Source: Candidatus Aenigmatarchaeota archaeon (GTDB taxonomy: Archaea > Aenigmatarchaeota > Aenigmatarchaeia > QMZP01 > JAFGSV01). Taken from it: a stretch of DNA of 64,000 nt. This document shows positions 48,706 through 56,664 of the stretch, piece after piece. Positions within the stretch are counted from its first letter, which is position 1. Every line of letters begins with the position of its first letter. The position numbers were made by a program, and so were the translations under genes. A model generated the notes under the pieces. It was not told the origin of the DNA, did not search any database, and saw only the letters and a list, made by a program, of their open reading frames with translations. Location of the stretch: positions 91,627 through 155,626 of the forward strand of contig JAFGFG010000009.1 of the NCBI GenBank assembly GCA_016931255.1, written 5' to 3'.

Positions 48706-48774
48706 TGTAACGACCTGAAACAACTTTTTTAAGCATGAAACGTATTATTAACCATTCGTGTAACAAACTGTAAC
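48706..48774. promoter_or_regulatory. Array of TGWAAC direct repeats in the divergent promoter
   Basis: TGTAAC 48706, TGAAAC 48716, TGAAAC 48736, TGTAAC 48759, TGTAAC 48769. Confidence 0.6.
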
Positions 48775-48776
48775 AG

Positions 48777-49310
48777 GTGTTTAATGTGGATAGGAAATAT
48801 GCTGCGCTCATGTTCATATGCTTTATAGTCGGTGGATTCTTTCTCATTAATTTCGCCACACAGATGTATGATTTCCTTTTCAGGTCAATTTCAATTGATG
48901 AAATGAATGTTTCCGCATTGCCTGACATGGGAGCCAACTTCAGCGGTATGAGGGATTTCAGGGCAGTCCAGTCAAGGCAGTTTCCGAGCACGTCTCCGAT
49001 AAATCTCATAGGCGGAATCGTGCTCATAATATCCGGGTACTCGATATGGCGTCTCGCTGGCGAGAAGGATAAGGAAATGCTAATAGACATGATTTCAGAG
49101 AAGCTACTCCTCCCTGAAGAGAAGCGGGTGATAGACGAGCTGAAGAGGTCCGGTGGGGAGACGACCCAGAAGGAGCTCTCCAACAGGACAGGAATACAGA
49201 AGGTAAAGCTTCACCGTCTTCTGGCGAGACTTGAGAAGAAGAAGATAGTACGCAGGTACCCTTACGGCATGACAAGGAAGGTCGTAATCGAAAGGAACGA
49301 TGGTAAATGA
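48777..49310 (+). CDS. Membrane-anchored winged-helix regulator
   Basis: 2 TM plus L.PEEK.VI..L...GG..TQ.EL...G..K.K..R.L.RLE.K..V....YG.T..V. Confidence 0.8.
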   Translation: MFNVDRKYAALMFICFIVGGFFLINFATQMYDFLFRSISIDEMNVSALPDMGANFSGMRDFRAVQSRQFPSTSPINLIGGIVLIISGYSIWRLAGEKDKEMLIDMISEKLLLPEEKRVIDELKRSGGETTQKELSNRTGIQKVKLHRLLARLEKKKIVRRYPYGMTRKVVIERNDGK

Positions 49311-49417
49311 AATGTCTTAAGTGCGGACATGCATGGAAGAGAACCAAATGGCAGGAATGTGTTACAGGTCTCTCGAAATGTCCTAAGTGCGGTTCAAGGC
49401 GCCTGCTCAGATACTGA
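49307..49417 (+). CDS. 36-aa zinc-ribbon microprotein (absent from the ORF track)
   Basis: ATGA overlap with the upstream stop; MKCLKCGHAWKRTKWQECVTGLSKCPKCGSRRLLRY. Confidence 0.7.
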   Translation: MKCLKCGHAWKRTKWQECVTGLSKCPKCGSRRLLRY

Positions 49418-49461
49418 TTCCAAGGATATCAGGATTTAAAATTTACTTTCATTTTCTTCAT

Positions 49462-50352
49462 ATGTGGCCATTTTCAGTAGCTGATGCAAATCCGGTTCAG
49501 GACAAGGAATTCAATCTCGTCCTGAGTGCAGCCAAGGGACGTGGCGGCACCATTGCCCTTGCAAAGAAGCTTGAGAAGCACGGAGTCGACGTTCTCTTAC
49601 CAAATCCTAAAATTTATGCATGGGCCAGGGACGAATTCTTTTTTCAGGATGATGGCCATTATCTGAGCGTTCAGAAGGCATCCTCTCCCCCGGAAGCCTA
49701 TGGCCACGAAGCTTACCACGGGGGAAAAATACTGAAAGGAGATGGATTCTTGGTCGCATCGGATTCTGTTGGCAGGAAAAGAAGAAAGAAGACAGTCAGG
49801 AAGTTCGGATTCGATGAAGGATTCTTCTATGACATAGCGAAAGAGCTTAACGCTTTGAGTTCCATAAAGGTTTCCGGAAATGAGACTTTCTATGGGAGCA
49901 GCAGCTACAGGCACATAGACGCCATTTTCAATCTCGGCAACAGGAAAAAATCAATCTTCACGTATTCCCATCCGAAGCTTCTCGCAAAGGCAAAAGAGAT
50001 AAGAAATGACACAGGTTACGATATAGTTGACCTTCCGCTCAGTGATGCTGAATTCGCTTCCGTGGGTTTTGTCGAGATAGGAGACTCTATAGTCATGGAC
50101 TGTAGGGCGAAGGAGTCAGCAGGCATACTGAAGTCCATGGGATACAATATGATTACCACACCGAAACCTTTGACAGAAATTAACCAAAAAAACGGAAGCC
50201 TCCGATGCATCACAGCGGAACTCCCGGTTGACTTTGAAAAGCTTGAATTCTATAAGCCGGGAGAAGAACCCGAATACTCTTTTTCATCTTCAGATTTTAC
50301 AAATACGAAAGGGATGAAGCTGAAGTTCAAGGGCTACAGCACGCTTTTCTGA
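49462..50352 (+). CDS. Guanidino-modifying (pentein) superfamily protein
   Basis: WARD, GG, HID, and C-terminal GSLRCIT catalytic-Cys motif. Confidence 0.65.
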   Translation: MWPFSVADANPVQDKEFNLVLSAAKGRGGTIALAKKLEKHGVDVLLPNPKIYAWARDEFFFQDDGHYLSVQKASSPPEAYGHEAYHGGKILKGDGFLVASDSVGRKRRKKTVRKFGFDEGFFYDIAKELNALSSIKVSGNETFYGSSSYRHIDAIFNLGNRKKSIFTYSHPKLLAKAKEIRNDTGYDIVDLPLSDAEFASVGFVEIGDSIVMDCRAKESAGILKSMGYNMITTPKPLTEINQKNGSLRCITAELPVDFEKLEFYKPGEEPEYSFSSSDFTNTKGMKLKFKGYSTLF

Positions 50353-50544
50353 TTACTTCAAGACAAAGACATCTTCTATCTTTGATTTCAGCGCTTTCGC
50401 CACGTCATGCGCCAGCTGGAGCGAGGGATTGTATTTACCCTTCTCCAGGAACACTATGGTCTCTCGCCTGACTTCCACTTTCTTTGCAAGGTCTTCCTGG
50501 GTAATGTGATACTTAGCCCTGAGTTCCTTTATCTTAGTCCTCAT
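50353..50544 (-). CDS. XRE-family HTH regulator
   Basis: IKELRA...[24 protein letters not shown]. Confidence 0.92.
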   Translation of the reverse strand: MRTKIKELRAKYHITQEDLAKKVEVRRETIVFLEKGKYNPSLQLAHDVAKALKSKIEDVFVLK

Positions 50545-50556
50545 GAAGAAACTCCA

Positions 50557-50937
50557 TCACTCCATGACACCCTTCTTCATGAAGTATGCCCTGAAAATAA
50601 GGACACTTGCAATCATTGTCGTGAATATCATTGTTATCACCTGGCTGGCTGAAAGTGGCATCAATTCAATGTAGTCGAACCAGAACAGGAACGTGACCAC
50701 GAAAAGCGTTGTCATCCAAGACCATGATGCCGAGATGGCACTGACCTTCTTCGTCATCTCATCCTTTTTGTAATGTTCGGGATATTTCCTTCTTATCATC
50801 ATTATTGCTGCCATCGCAAGGACAATATTCATGGATACCATTATGCTCATCTGGTCAAACCTTCTCCACAGCAGCAGGCCTAGCATCACAGCTATCATCG
50901 CAACCTTCACCACGAGCCATTTCATTTCATCTTTCAT
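50557..50937 (-). CDS. DUF2178-like membrane protein
   Basis: 4 TM; KDE.T.K....A..SW; paired with an XRE gene. Confidence 0.65.
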   Translation of the reverse strand: MKDEMKWLVVKVAMIAVMLGLLLWRRFDQMSIMVSMNIVLAMAAIMMIRRKYPEHYKKDEMTKKVSAISASWSWMTTLFVVTFLFWFDYIELMPLSASQVITMIFTTMIASVLIFRAYFMKKGVME

Positions 50938-50945
50938 GATATCAC

Positions 50946-50984
50946 ATGTTATATATTTCTAACATTATGTTATATATTTCTAAC
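50946..50984. promoter_or_regulatory. Tandem palindromic operator (GTTA-N8-TAAC) x2
   Basis: Exact 18-bp direct repeat ATGTTATATATTTCTAAC at 50946 and 50967. Confidence 0.75.
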
Positions 50985-51022
50985 TTATTATATTTAAAGT
51001 TATCGGCTGATTATCTAATATT

Positions 51023-51655
51023 ATGGGCATGCGTCCGGCTACCGTTTTGCTGATTCTGTTTCTCGTAAGCGGTTGTTCAACAGTCCAGACGCCCAAGATG
51101 ACGGATGACGTTCCCGGATTCGAGAAGATAGTGTACGAGAAGGAGGGGGAGATTATAGACCCTGACCAGATACTCCCGGACAGCATGAGGCCGGGGATGG
51201 AATGGCTGAGGGAGAACACACCTTCTGATGCTGTGATAATGTCCTGGTGGGACTACGGCCATGCGATACGCGCATATGCAGAGAGGGAGCCTGTCGTGGA
51301 TGCTCCATCTAAAGAATCGCTGACTACTACCGTGGCGAAACATCTTGGGAAGGACCCCGATGAGATAGACTGCCCTGAATGCGTGGACCATGCGATGCTG
51401 CAGGAGATTGCGGAACTGCTTCTCACGGAGAGCGATGCCGGGGCAGTGGAAGTTATGGAGAAGTATGGAGCTTCTTATCTTTACGTCCATCACGACGATG
51501 AAGAGAAGTCCGTGGCGATGTTCATAGTTCTCGGTGAGGATGAGAGACCTCTGGAAAGCACTGTTATTGGTAAAGCTTTCACAGGCGAGCCTATGGAAGG
51601 ATTTGATTTTGCTTATGAAGACAGTGCATGCACTATATACAAGCTTTCATCATGA
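51023..51655 (+). CDS. Lipoprotein consisting of a stand-alone AglB/STT3 C-terminal (WWDYG) domain
   Basis: Lipobox LVSG-C; WLRENTP.DAVIMSWWDYGH.I...A.R..V.D; A...M.KYGA.Y. Confidence 0.75.
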   Translation: MGMRPATVLLILFLVSGCSTVQTPKMTDDVPGFEKIVYEKEGEIIDPDQILPDSMRPGMEWLRENTPSDAVIMSWWDYGHAIRAYAEREPVVDAPSKESLTTTVAKHLGKDPDEIDCPECVDHAMLQEIAELLLTESDAGAVEVMEKYGASYLYVHHDDEEKSVAMFIVLGEDERPLESTVIGKAFTGEPMEGFDFAYEDSACTIYKLSS

Positions 51656-51703
51656 CCGAAACAAATACCATCCATTTATTAAATTTATCAGCAATTGCCT
51701 ATT

Positions 51704-51967
51704 ATGAAATATTTTCTGGCTCTTGCGATGGTTCTCATCATGATACCTGCTGCAGCAATGGCTGATGTAGAGGTGAATTCGAGCATGACGCTTGATGGCA
51801 ATTATACACCACAGACAAACAGTGCCACTGCAATAGGCTATGTCAATGTAACAGTCGTAGAAGTTCCGGAGACCCCGATAACAGGTTTTTTCCTCACTCA
51901 GTTTGATTTCTCTAAATTCTCTGAGGAACTGTCTTCATTATTCTCTTCCTTCTTCTCGCTTTTCTGA
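51704..51967 (+). CDS. Small secreted protein with PITGFF motif
   Basis: Signal peptide ending AAAMA; N-glycosylation sequons. Confidence 0.55.
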   Translation: MKYFLALAMVLIMIPAAAMADVEVNSSMTLDGNYTPQTNSATAIGYVNVTVVEVPETPITGFFLTQFDFSKFSEELSSLFSSFFSLF

Positions 51968-52338
51968 GGTTCGTCCTTCTTGCCTTCTGACCTCCGTTTC
52001 TCCTCCAAGAATTCCTCGCTGTACTCTTTTTTAGGGTATACGGTTATGTGGGAGAATTTTGAAAGTATGAGGTACCTTATGTAAACACCTGTAAATCCTG
52101 CAACTGTGGAGGCTGCAATTATCATGAGGGGGTCTATGTCTGTCACACCTGTCAGGAATATCCACGGCATCAGCTGTATGATAAGTCCCATGGATGCCAC
52201 GGTTGTGAACAGAATCATGAAAATCGTGATGCCGCTGGATAGCATTCTCACCGCTATCCTGAACATGAATACTCTCAGCTTCGGTGTCAGAAGATACCTG
52301 TTTACTCTGCCCATTAGTGCCGCTTTTTTGCTTCCCAC
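51898..52338 (-). CDS. Hypothetical membrane protein
   Basis: 2-3 TM and a charged tail. Confidence 0.5.
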   Translation of the reverse strand: MGSKKAALMGRVNRYLLTPKLRVFMFRIAVRMLSSGITIFMILFTTVASMGLIIQLMPWIFLTGVTDIDPLMIIAASTVAGFTGVYIRYLILSKFSHITVYPKKEYSEEFLEEKRRSEGKKDEPQKSEKKEENNEDSSSENLEKSN

Positions 52339-52386
52339 GAATAGAATTGCAATTTCATATTAATAACACGTTTCCAAAACAGAATT

Positions 52387-53592
52387 ATGGGCACTAAGCT
52401 GTGGACAGAGAAGTACAGGCCGGTGAAAACCGAAGAAATTGCAGGCCAGCAGGCCGCTGTTTCCCAGGTCAATGATTTCCTCCGGTCATGGAGGCCCGGC
52501 ACAGGAATGATACTTTTCGGGGCTCCGGGAACAGGCAAAACACTTCTTGTAGGCCTTATTGCAGAGGAGAGAGGAGATTTCCTCCTTCAGATGGATGCAT
52601 CTGACAAGAGGACAGCCAGGGATGTTGAAGGAACACTCTCAGAGGCATCCAGGCAGCAGACCCTCTTCCACAAGGGAAAGATAATCCTTATGGACGAGGT
52701 TGACTCAATGAGCGGCAGGAGCGACCGCGGAGGCGCCGGAAGCATTGTAAAGATAATAAGGGAATCGAAGTTTCCCGTCTTCATATGCGTCAATGATATC
52801 AAGAAACCCAAGCTCAGGGAAATAAAGAAGGTATGCAAGCGCGTAAAAATGGACAGGCTTTCCAGAAGCGATATGAAGGATTTCCTGAGGAAGATTTCTG
52901 ATAAGGAAGGACTCGATGTTGATGACGAAGTGCTTAACGGGCTTGCGAGATGGTCTGACGGCGATGTGCGTTCAGTCCTTCTGGACCTTCAGATGCTTTC
53001 ACTCGACGGAAAGAAGATAACAGAGGAAAAATTACTCTCGCTTGGATTCAGGGAAAGGAAAAAGGAGCTTGAGGATGTTGTGGTGGGGCTCATGCGCAAT
53101 AAGTCAATAAACGCCAACAGGGCTTCCGTAAGAGCCGCTGATGTAGACCCTGACGAACTTTTCCTCTGGCTTGAGAGCAACATATACAAGACTTCTGCTG
53201 ATAAGAAATTCATAGCAGACGCCTACGAGAAGTTGTCAAAGGCTGACATGTTCCGCGGGCTGGTGCACAAGCAGCAGAACTGGAGATTCAAGTCCTATAT
53301 GATAGACGTGATGTCCGGCATAGCATCACTGAGGGACAGCGAGTTTATAAAACCCGAGATGCTCAGGACACCGGACAGGATAGTCATACTCGGAAGGACC
53401 AGATTCAGGCGGATGCTCATGGAACCGATAGTGCAGAAGATTGCTGAGAAGACACACTCCTCGATGAGAGCGGTGAACTTCGAATACATGCCTTATATGA
53501 TGTTTTTTGCCAGTAAAGGGCTCATATCACCCGAAGAGTTTGATTTCTCAGTGGAGGAGATGGATGCACTTAAAAAATACGGAAACATATGA
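52387..53592 (+). CDS. rfcL: Replication factor C large subunit
   Basis: WTEKYRP, G.PGTGKT, ASD.R, DEVD, GD.RS...DLQ, LSKADMF.G....QNWR. Confidence 0.9.
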   Translation: MGTKLWTEKYRPVKTEEIAGQQAAVSQVNDFLRSWRPGTGMILFGAPGTGKTLLVGLIAEERGDFLLQMDASDKRTARDVEGTLSEASRQQTLFHKGKIILMDEVDSMSGRSDRGGAGSIVKIIRESKFPVFICVNDIKKPKLREIKKVCKRVKMDRLSRSDMKDFLRKISDKEGLDVDDEVLNGLARWSDGDVRSVLLDLQMLSLDGKKITEEKLLSLGFRERKKELEDVVVGLMRNKSINANRASVRAADVDPDELFLWLESNIYKTSADKKFIADAYEKLSKADMFRGLVHKQQNWRFKSYMIDVMSGIASLRDSEFIKPEMLRTPDRIVILGRTRFRRMLMEPIVQKIAEKTHSSMRAVNFEYMPYMMFFASKGLISPEEFDFSVEEMDALKKYGNI

Positions 53593-53602
53593 TGTTAATT
53601 CA

Positions 53603-53657
53603 GGGCCCGTAGCTCAGAACAATTTTGCAAAAAGCGTTCGCGGAAAATACGGTCCTG
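53603..53657 (+). pseudogene. tRNA 5'-end fragment or degenerate tRNA-like relic
   Basis: GGGCCCGTAGCTCAG matches positions 1-15 of the adjacent tRNA at 14 of 15 bases; downstream TACGGTCC can pair back with it. Confidence 0.45.
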
Positions 53658-53665
53658 TAAAATAA

Positions 53666-53740
53666 GGGCCCGTGGCTCAGCTTGGATAGAGCGCTGGATT
53701 GCGGATCCAGAGGTCCGGGGTTCGAATCCCCGCGGGTCCG
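53666..53740 (+). tRNA. tRNA-Arg(GCG), intronless
   Basis: GGGCCCG/CGGGTCC-G; CTGGA-TTGCGGA-TCCAG; CGGGG-TTCGAAT-CCCCG. Confidence 0.96.
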
Positions 53741-53774
53741 TTCTTCTTAAAAAACTTTCTGCTATTTCTTTTTC

Positions 53775-54056
53775 ATGAGACCAATTACGAAGTTGCAGAG
53801 TGTTAGCGGAGAAAATGTCAGGATAGGCGACATAATAGAATTCACGTATAAGACCAGATTTCTGGGTTTTGAACTTAACCGTGATGTTGTTGGATATCTT
53901 GCTTCATTCAATGGTGAAAAGGAAACAATGCGTGTTACAAGAAACTACTGGAGCACTGATGAAGGGGAAGATGTATTCCCGGGTCTTGGAAAAAAATACA
54001 AAATGAAGAATGCCGAAAGTCTGAGAATAGTGGATAATTACGACGGCTCGCTTTGA
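53775..54056 (+). CDS. Hypothetical protein (SH3/KOW-like beta pattern)
   Basis: 93-aa ORF. Confidence 0.55.
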   Translation: MRPITKLQSVSGENVRIGDIIEFTYKTRFLGFELNRDVVGYLASFNGEKETMRVTRNYWSTDEGEDVFPGLGKKYKMKNAESLRIVDNYDGSL

Positions 54057-54111
54057 TTCCGCACAACATTTAAATACCTGTCTTCCATATTAAGTTAAAT
54101 TCGGTGAAAAC

Positions 54112-54276
54112 ATGGAACTCAGATGCACATCATGCGGAAAACTCGTGGAAGCAGAGAAGTACTGGATCAGGCTTAAATGCCCTGCATGCACTGACCAGGA
54201 GATAATCAGGTGCGAGAAGTGCAGAAGGCTTTCAGTGCAGTACAAATGTGCAAAGTGCGGTTTCGAGGGACCCTGA
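54112..54276 (+). CDS. DUF1610/HVO_2753-type zinc-finger protein (absent from the ORF track)
   Basis: MELRCTSCG..CPAC..I.RCEKCR....YKCAKCGFEGP; conserved position upstream of EF-1beta. Confidence 0.92.
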   Translation: MELRCTSCGKLVEAEKYWIRLKCPACTDQEIIRCEKCRRLSVQYKCAKCGFEGP

Positions 54277-54280
54277 TATC

Positions 54281-54532
54281 ATGGGTGACGTAATTCTTGT
54301 TTACAAGATTCTGCCTGCGGACACTTCAAAATTTGAAGCTCTCAAGGCCGGTCTTGAAGTCATCAAGCATCAGAGGCTTGAAGAAGAGCCAATAGGTTTT
54401 GGCGTGACAGCTATAAAGTTCACTGTAATCGTGCCGGATGAGGGCGGAAAGCAGGAAGAGCTCGAAGAGAAAATAGACGCAGTTGAAGGCGTCGGTGAAA
54501 GAGAGCTTATACACTTCTCAAGAAGCATGTAA
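54281..54532 (+). CDS. ef1b: Translation elongation factor 1-beta
   Basis: MGDV....KI.P..EEPIGFG..A......DE.G...LEE. Confidence 0.92.
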   Translation: MGDVILVYKILPADTSKFEALKAGLEVIKHQRLEEEPIGFGVTAIKFTVIVPDEGGKQEELEEKIDAVEGVGERELIHFSRSM

Positions 54533-54595
54533 GATTTTCTTTGATATCCAGATGCATAGCTTCCGCTATGCAGTTAAAAATAAAGAAACGAAGGC

Positions 54596-55114
54596 TTACT
54601 TCTTCTTTGGTGCTGCCTTCTTGGTTGTCTTTTTCACTGGCTTCTTAGCTACCGGCTTTGCCGCAGGCTTCTTTACAGCCTTGGGCTTCTCGGCCTTTGC
54701 CTTCTTTGGCTCCGGTTTCTCTGCTTTCTTCTCGATTGGAGCTTCCTTGGGCTTTTCCTCGGCCTTTTCTTCTGCTTTCTGTGATTTCGGCTTCGGGCCT
54801 GTTGCCCTCTTCTTCTCAGCTGCGGCTGCCTTTTCTACATCCTTAGCTGACGGCTCCTTCACTTCGAGTTTCTTGTAGATACCTGCTGCCTTGTAGGCAG
54901 AAAGAACTTCGTGGTCAGTGGCGTTTTTCTTAATCTTGACAGTTTCCGGTGTAGGTTCAACATGATGGATGCTGCATTTCCTTCTCTTTACTGTCGTGGC
55001 AGCCTTTGGACCGGTCACCAGGACGAATCCGTCCTCCAAGACATCCAGAACAACGCAGAACCTGCCAGCTTCCCTGCCGGCTGTTTTCATACAAATTCTT
55101 CCAACTTCAATCAT
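54596..55114 (-). CDS. rpl14e: 50S ribosomal protein eL14 with a Lys/Ala/Pro-rich tail
   Basis: IEVGRIC.K.AGREAG..CV...VLVTGPK...VKRR.C...H.EP. Confidence 0.93.
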   Translation of the reverse strand: MIEVGRICMKTAGREAGRFCVVLDVLEDGFVLVTGPKAATTVKRRKCSIHHVEPTPETVKIKKNATDHEVLSAYKAAGIYKKLEVKEPSAKDVEKAAAAEKKRATGPKPKSQKAEEKAEEKPKEAPIEKKAEKPEPKKAKAEKPKAVKKPAAKPVAKKPVKKTTKKAAPKKK

Positions 55115-55388
55115 TGTCCCATCTCTCCATGTTTTTTAGTTTCATTTTTGCCCTTGTGCATGCTGAGCACAGGTTGCCTCCGAAGGGCCTGTCAGGCCTT
55201 TTCTGCGTCTTTCCGAGCTTCGCTATCTCCGCGATTGTGCCTGTGGGAACCCCGTGAAGCGGCTTCCTGCAGTTGCCGCACCTCGCGTGGCTTGTATCTT
55301 TCTTGGTATAGTGAATATTCACTTTACCGCCTGGGGTTGTCACACTGTTCTTCCTGAAACTCGTTGACCTCTGTGCTGGTGTTGGCAT
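55107..55388 (-). CDS. rpl34e: 50S ribosomal protein eL34
   Basis: TPGG....HY..C..C.KPL.GV..K.QKRP.RPFGG.LC..C. Confidence 0.95.
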   Translation of the reverse strand: MPTPAQRSTSFRKNSVTTPGGKVNIHYTKKDTSHARCGNCRKPLHGVPTGTIAEIAKLGKTQKRPDRPFGGNLCSACTRAKMKLKNMERWDND

Positions 55389-55460
55389 ATGAATCACTTA
55401 ATAGGTTACTAATATGTAGATAAACCTTTTATTAGTTTACGTTGTCCGGCCTTTAAAAAT

Positions 55461-56138
55461 CTACTCTACTCCCATCACTTTCCTGAGCACGAATGTTGCC
55501 GGAAGGCTGATGAAGATGTACCACCAGAACCATGTTACATAGTTTCCTATGAACGGAAGCGTGAAAGGCAGTTTCGCTATCATCATCTCAAATTGCACTG
55601 CATTGTCCTTTTCAGTTGCGAACATATAGAATCCTTCGGTTTTGGCTATGGGTCTCCAGTATGTCTCCTGATATTCGAAAATATCCCCTTTCTGGAACAA
55701 CTCGTCATCTGTGAATACTCCATTGTCATTGAAGTCCACACCTGTCACGAAGTCTCCTGCATTCCCTGTATAGCTCAGCAGGTGCTCAGCATCCCCATAA
55801 GTGAAGAATGTATCTTCGTCCCCGAAATCAGCAGTAACACCACCGAAATTGGTGTTGAGCCATCCGAGCAGGAGCATGAATACAAGCATTGTGACCATCA
55901 TGGGCTTCATGCTCATCCTGAACTGGCTCTGGCTGGCCTTGAGCATCTCATTCGCATACTCACCCATCTTGGCCTTGTCGCCTGATTTCTTGGCTTCGTT
56001 CATCTTTTCCTTGTAGAACTTCATGTCGTCCTTCATCTTCCTGACCTCGTCAGGCTTTGTCAGGACCCTGTATATTATGGTTATGAAAAGGGAAAGTCCC
56101 ACTGAAAGAAGTGTTATCATCAGGAACGGTGTCATCAT
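55461..56138 (-). CDS. DUF106 (EMC3/TMCO1/Oxa1 superfamily) membrane insertase
   Basis: TM1-coiled coil-MKPM..T; C-terminal W..WY...S.....LRK; conserved position after secY-adk. Confidence 0.88.
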   Translation of the reverse strand: MMTPFLMITLLSVGLSLFITIIYRVLTKPDEVRKMKDDMKFYKEKMNEAKKSGDKAKMGEYANEMLKASQSQFRMSMKPMMVTMLVFMLLLGWLNTNFGGVTADFGDEDTFFTYGDAEHLLSYTGNAGDFVTGVDFNDNGVFTDDELFQKGDIFEYQETYWRPIAKTEGFYMFATEKDNAVQFEMMIAKLPFTLPFIGNYVTWFWWYIFISLPATFVLRKVMGVE

Positions 56139-56662
56139 ATCACCAGAAGCGCCTTAAGCAGTTTGAAGATTTCATCAGCAGCGTCCCTTGAACCCTCTAT
56201 TCCGCAATGCACGATTTTTACGCTGCATCCTGCCTTGGCCGCAATCATGAGCGCATACGTTTTTTCAACATCCTGCTGGTCCCTGAATGCGTCCTCGTCC
56301 TCCAGCTTGTCCCCGAGAGCGAGAGGATTGACGTTTATATGGATAATCAGGTCTGGCTTGAATACTTTCACAGTCTCATCGTTTATCACAGGAAATATGC
56401 CCAGCTTCGTGCCCACAGTGAAGTATCCGTTCACTATCACGTTGCCTGTCTTTTCCCCAATGAGCTTCAGCTGTATGCTGTCCCTTATTTTTTCCTGTGT
56501 GTTCTTGAGAAGATCCAGCTCCTCCTTCGGTGTACTGGAATTGTCTATGAAGTCGCTGAAGCTCAGTGTCCTGAACTTCGCCTTGCCTTCTATCCTCTCT
56601 ACAGCAAGCTTTACTATTGACTCCTCAACTGAGTTCTGGACACCTGTGATAAGTATTTTCAT
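56135..56662 (-). CDS. Archaeal adenylate kinase homologue with a degenerate P-loop
   Basis: Syntenic with adkA; Q, IVNG.F.V.T..G.FP, PDLII and Q..E..YA patterns retained; P-loop reads GVQNSVEES. Confidence 0.7.
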   Translation of the reverse strand: MKILITGVQNSVEESIVKLAVERIEGKAKFRTLSFSDFIDNSSTPKEELDLLKNTQEKIRDSIQLKLIGEKTGNVIVNGYFTVGTKLGIFPVINDETVKVFKPDLIIHINVNPLALGDKLEDEDAFRDQQDVEKTYALMIAAKAGCSVKIVHCGIEGSRDAADEIFKLLKALLVI

Positions 56663-56664
56663 TA

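Noticed and set aside
50946-50984. CRISPR-like repeat
   Set aside because: Only two units with a 3-bp gap and no cas genes; fits an operator
43258-51655. Integrated mobile element or genomic island
   Set aside because: Accessory-looking genes, but no integrase, transposase, terminal repeats or flanking tRNA 3'-end duplication were found
53618-53680. D-loop (15/16) intron joining the upstream tRNA fragment to tRNA-Arg(GCG)
   Set aside because: No BHB pairing at the putative junctions, and the downstream tRNA is already complete
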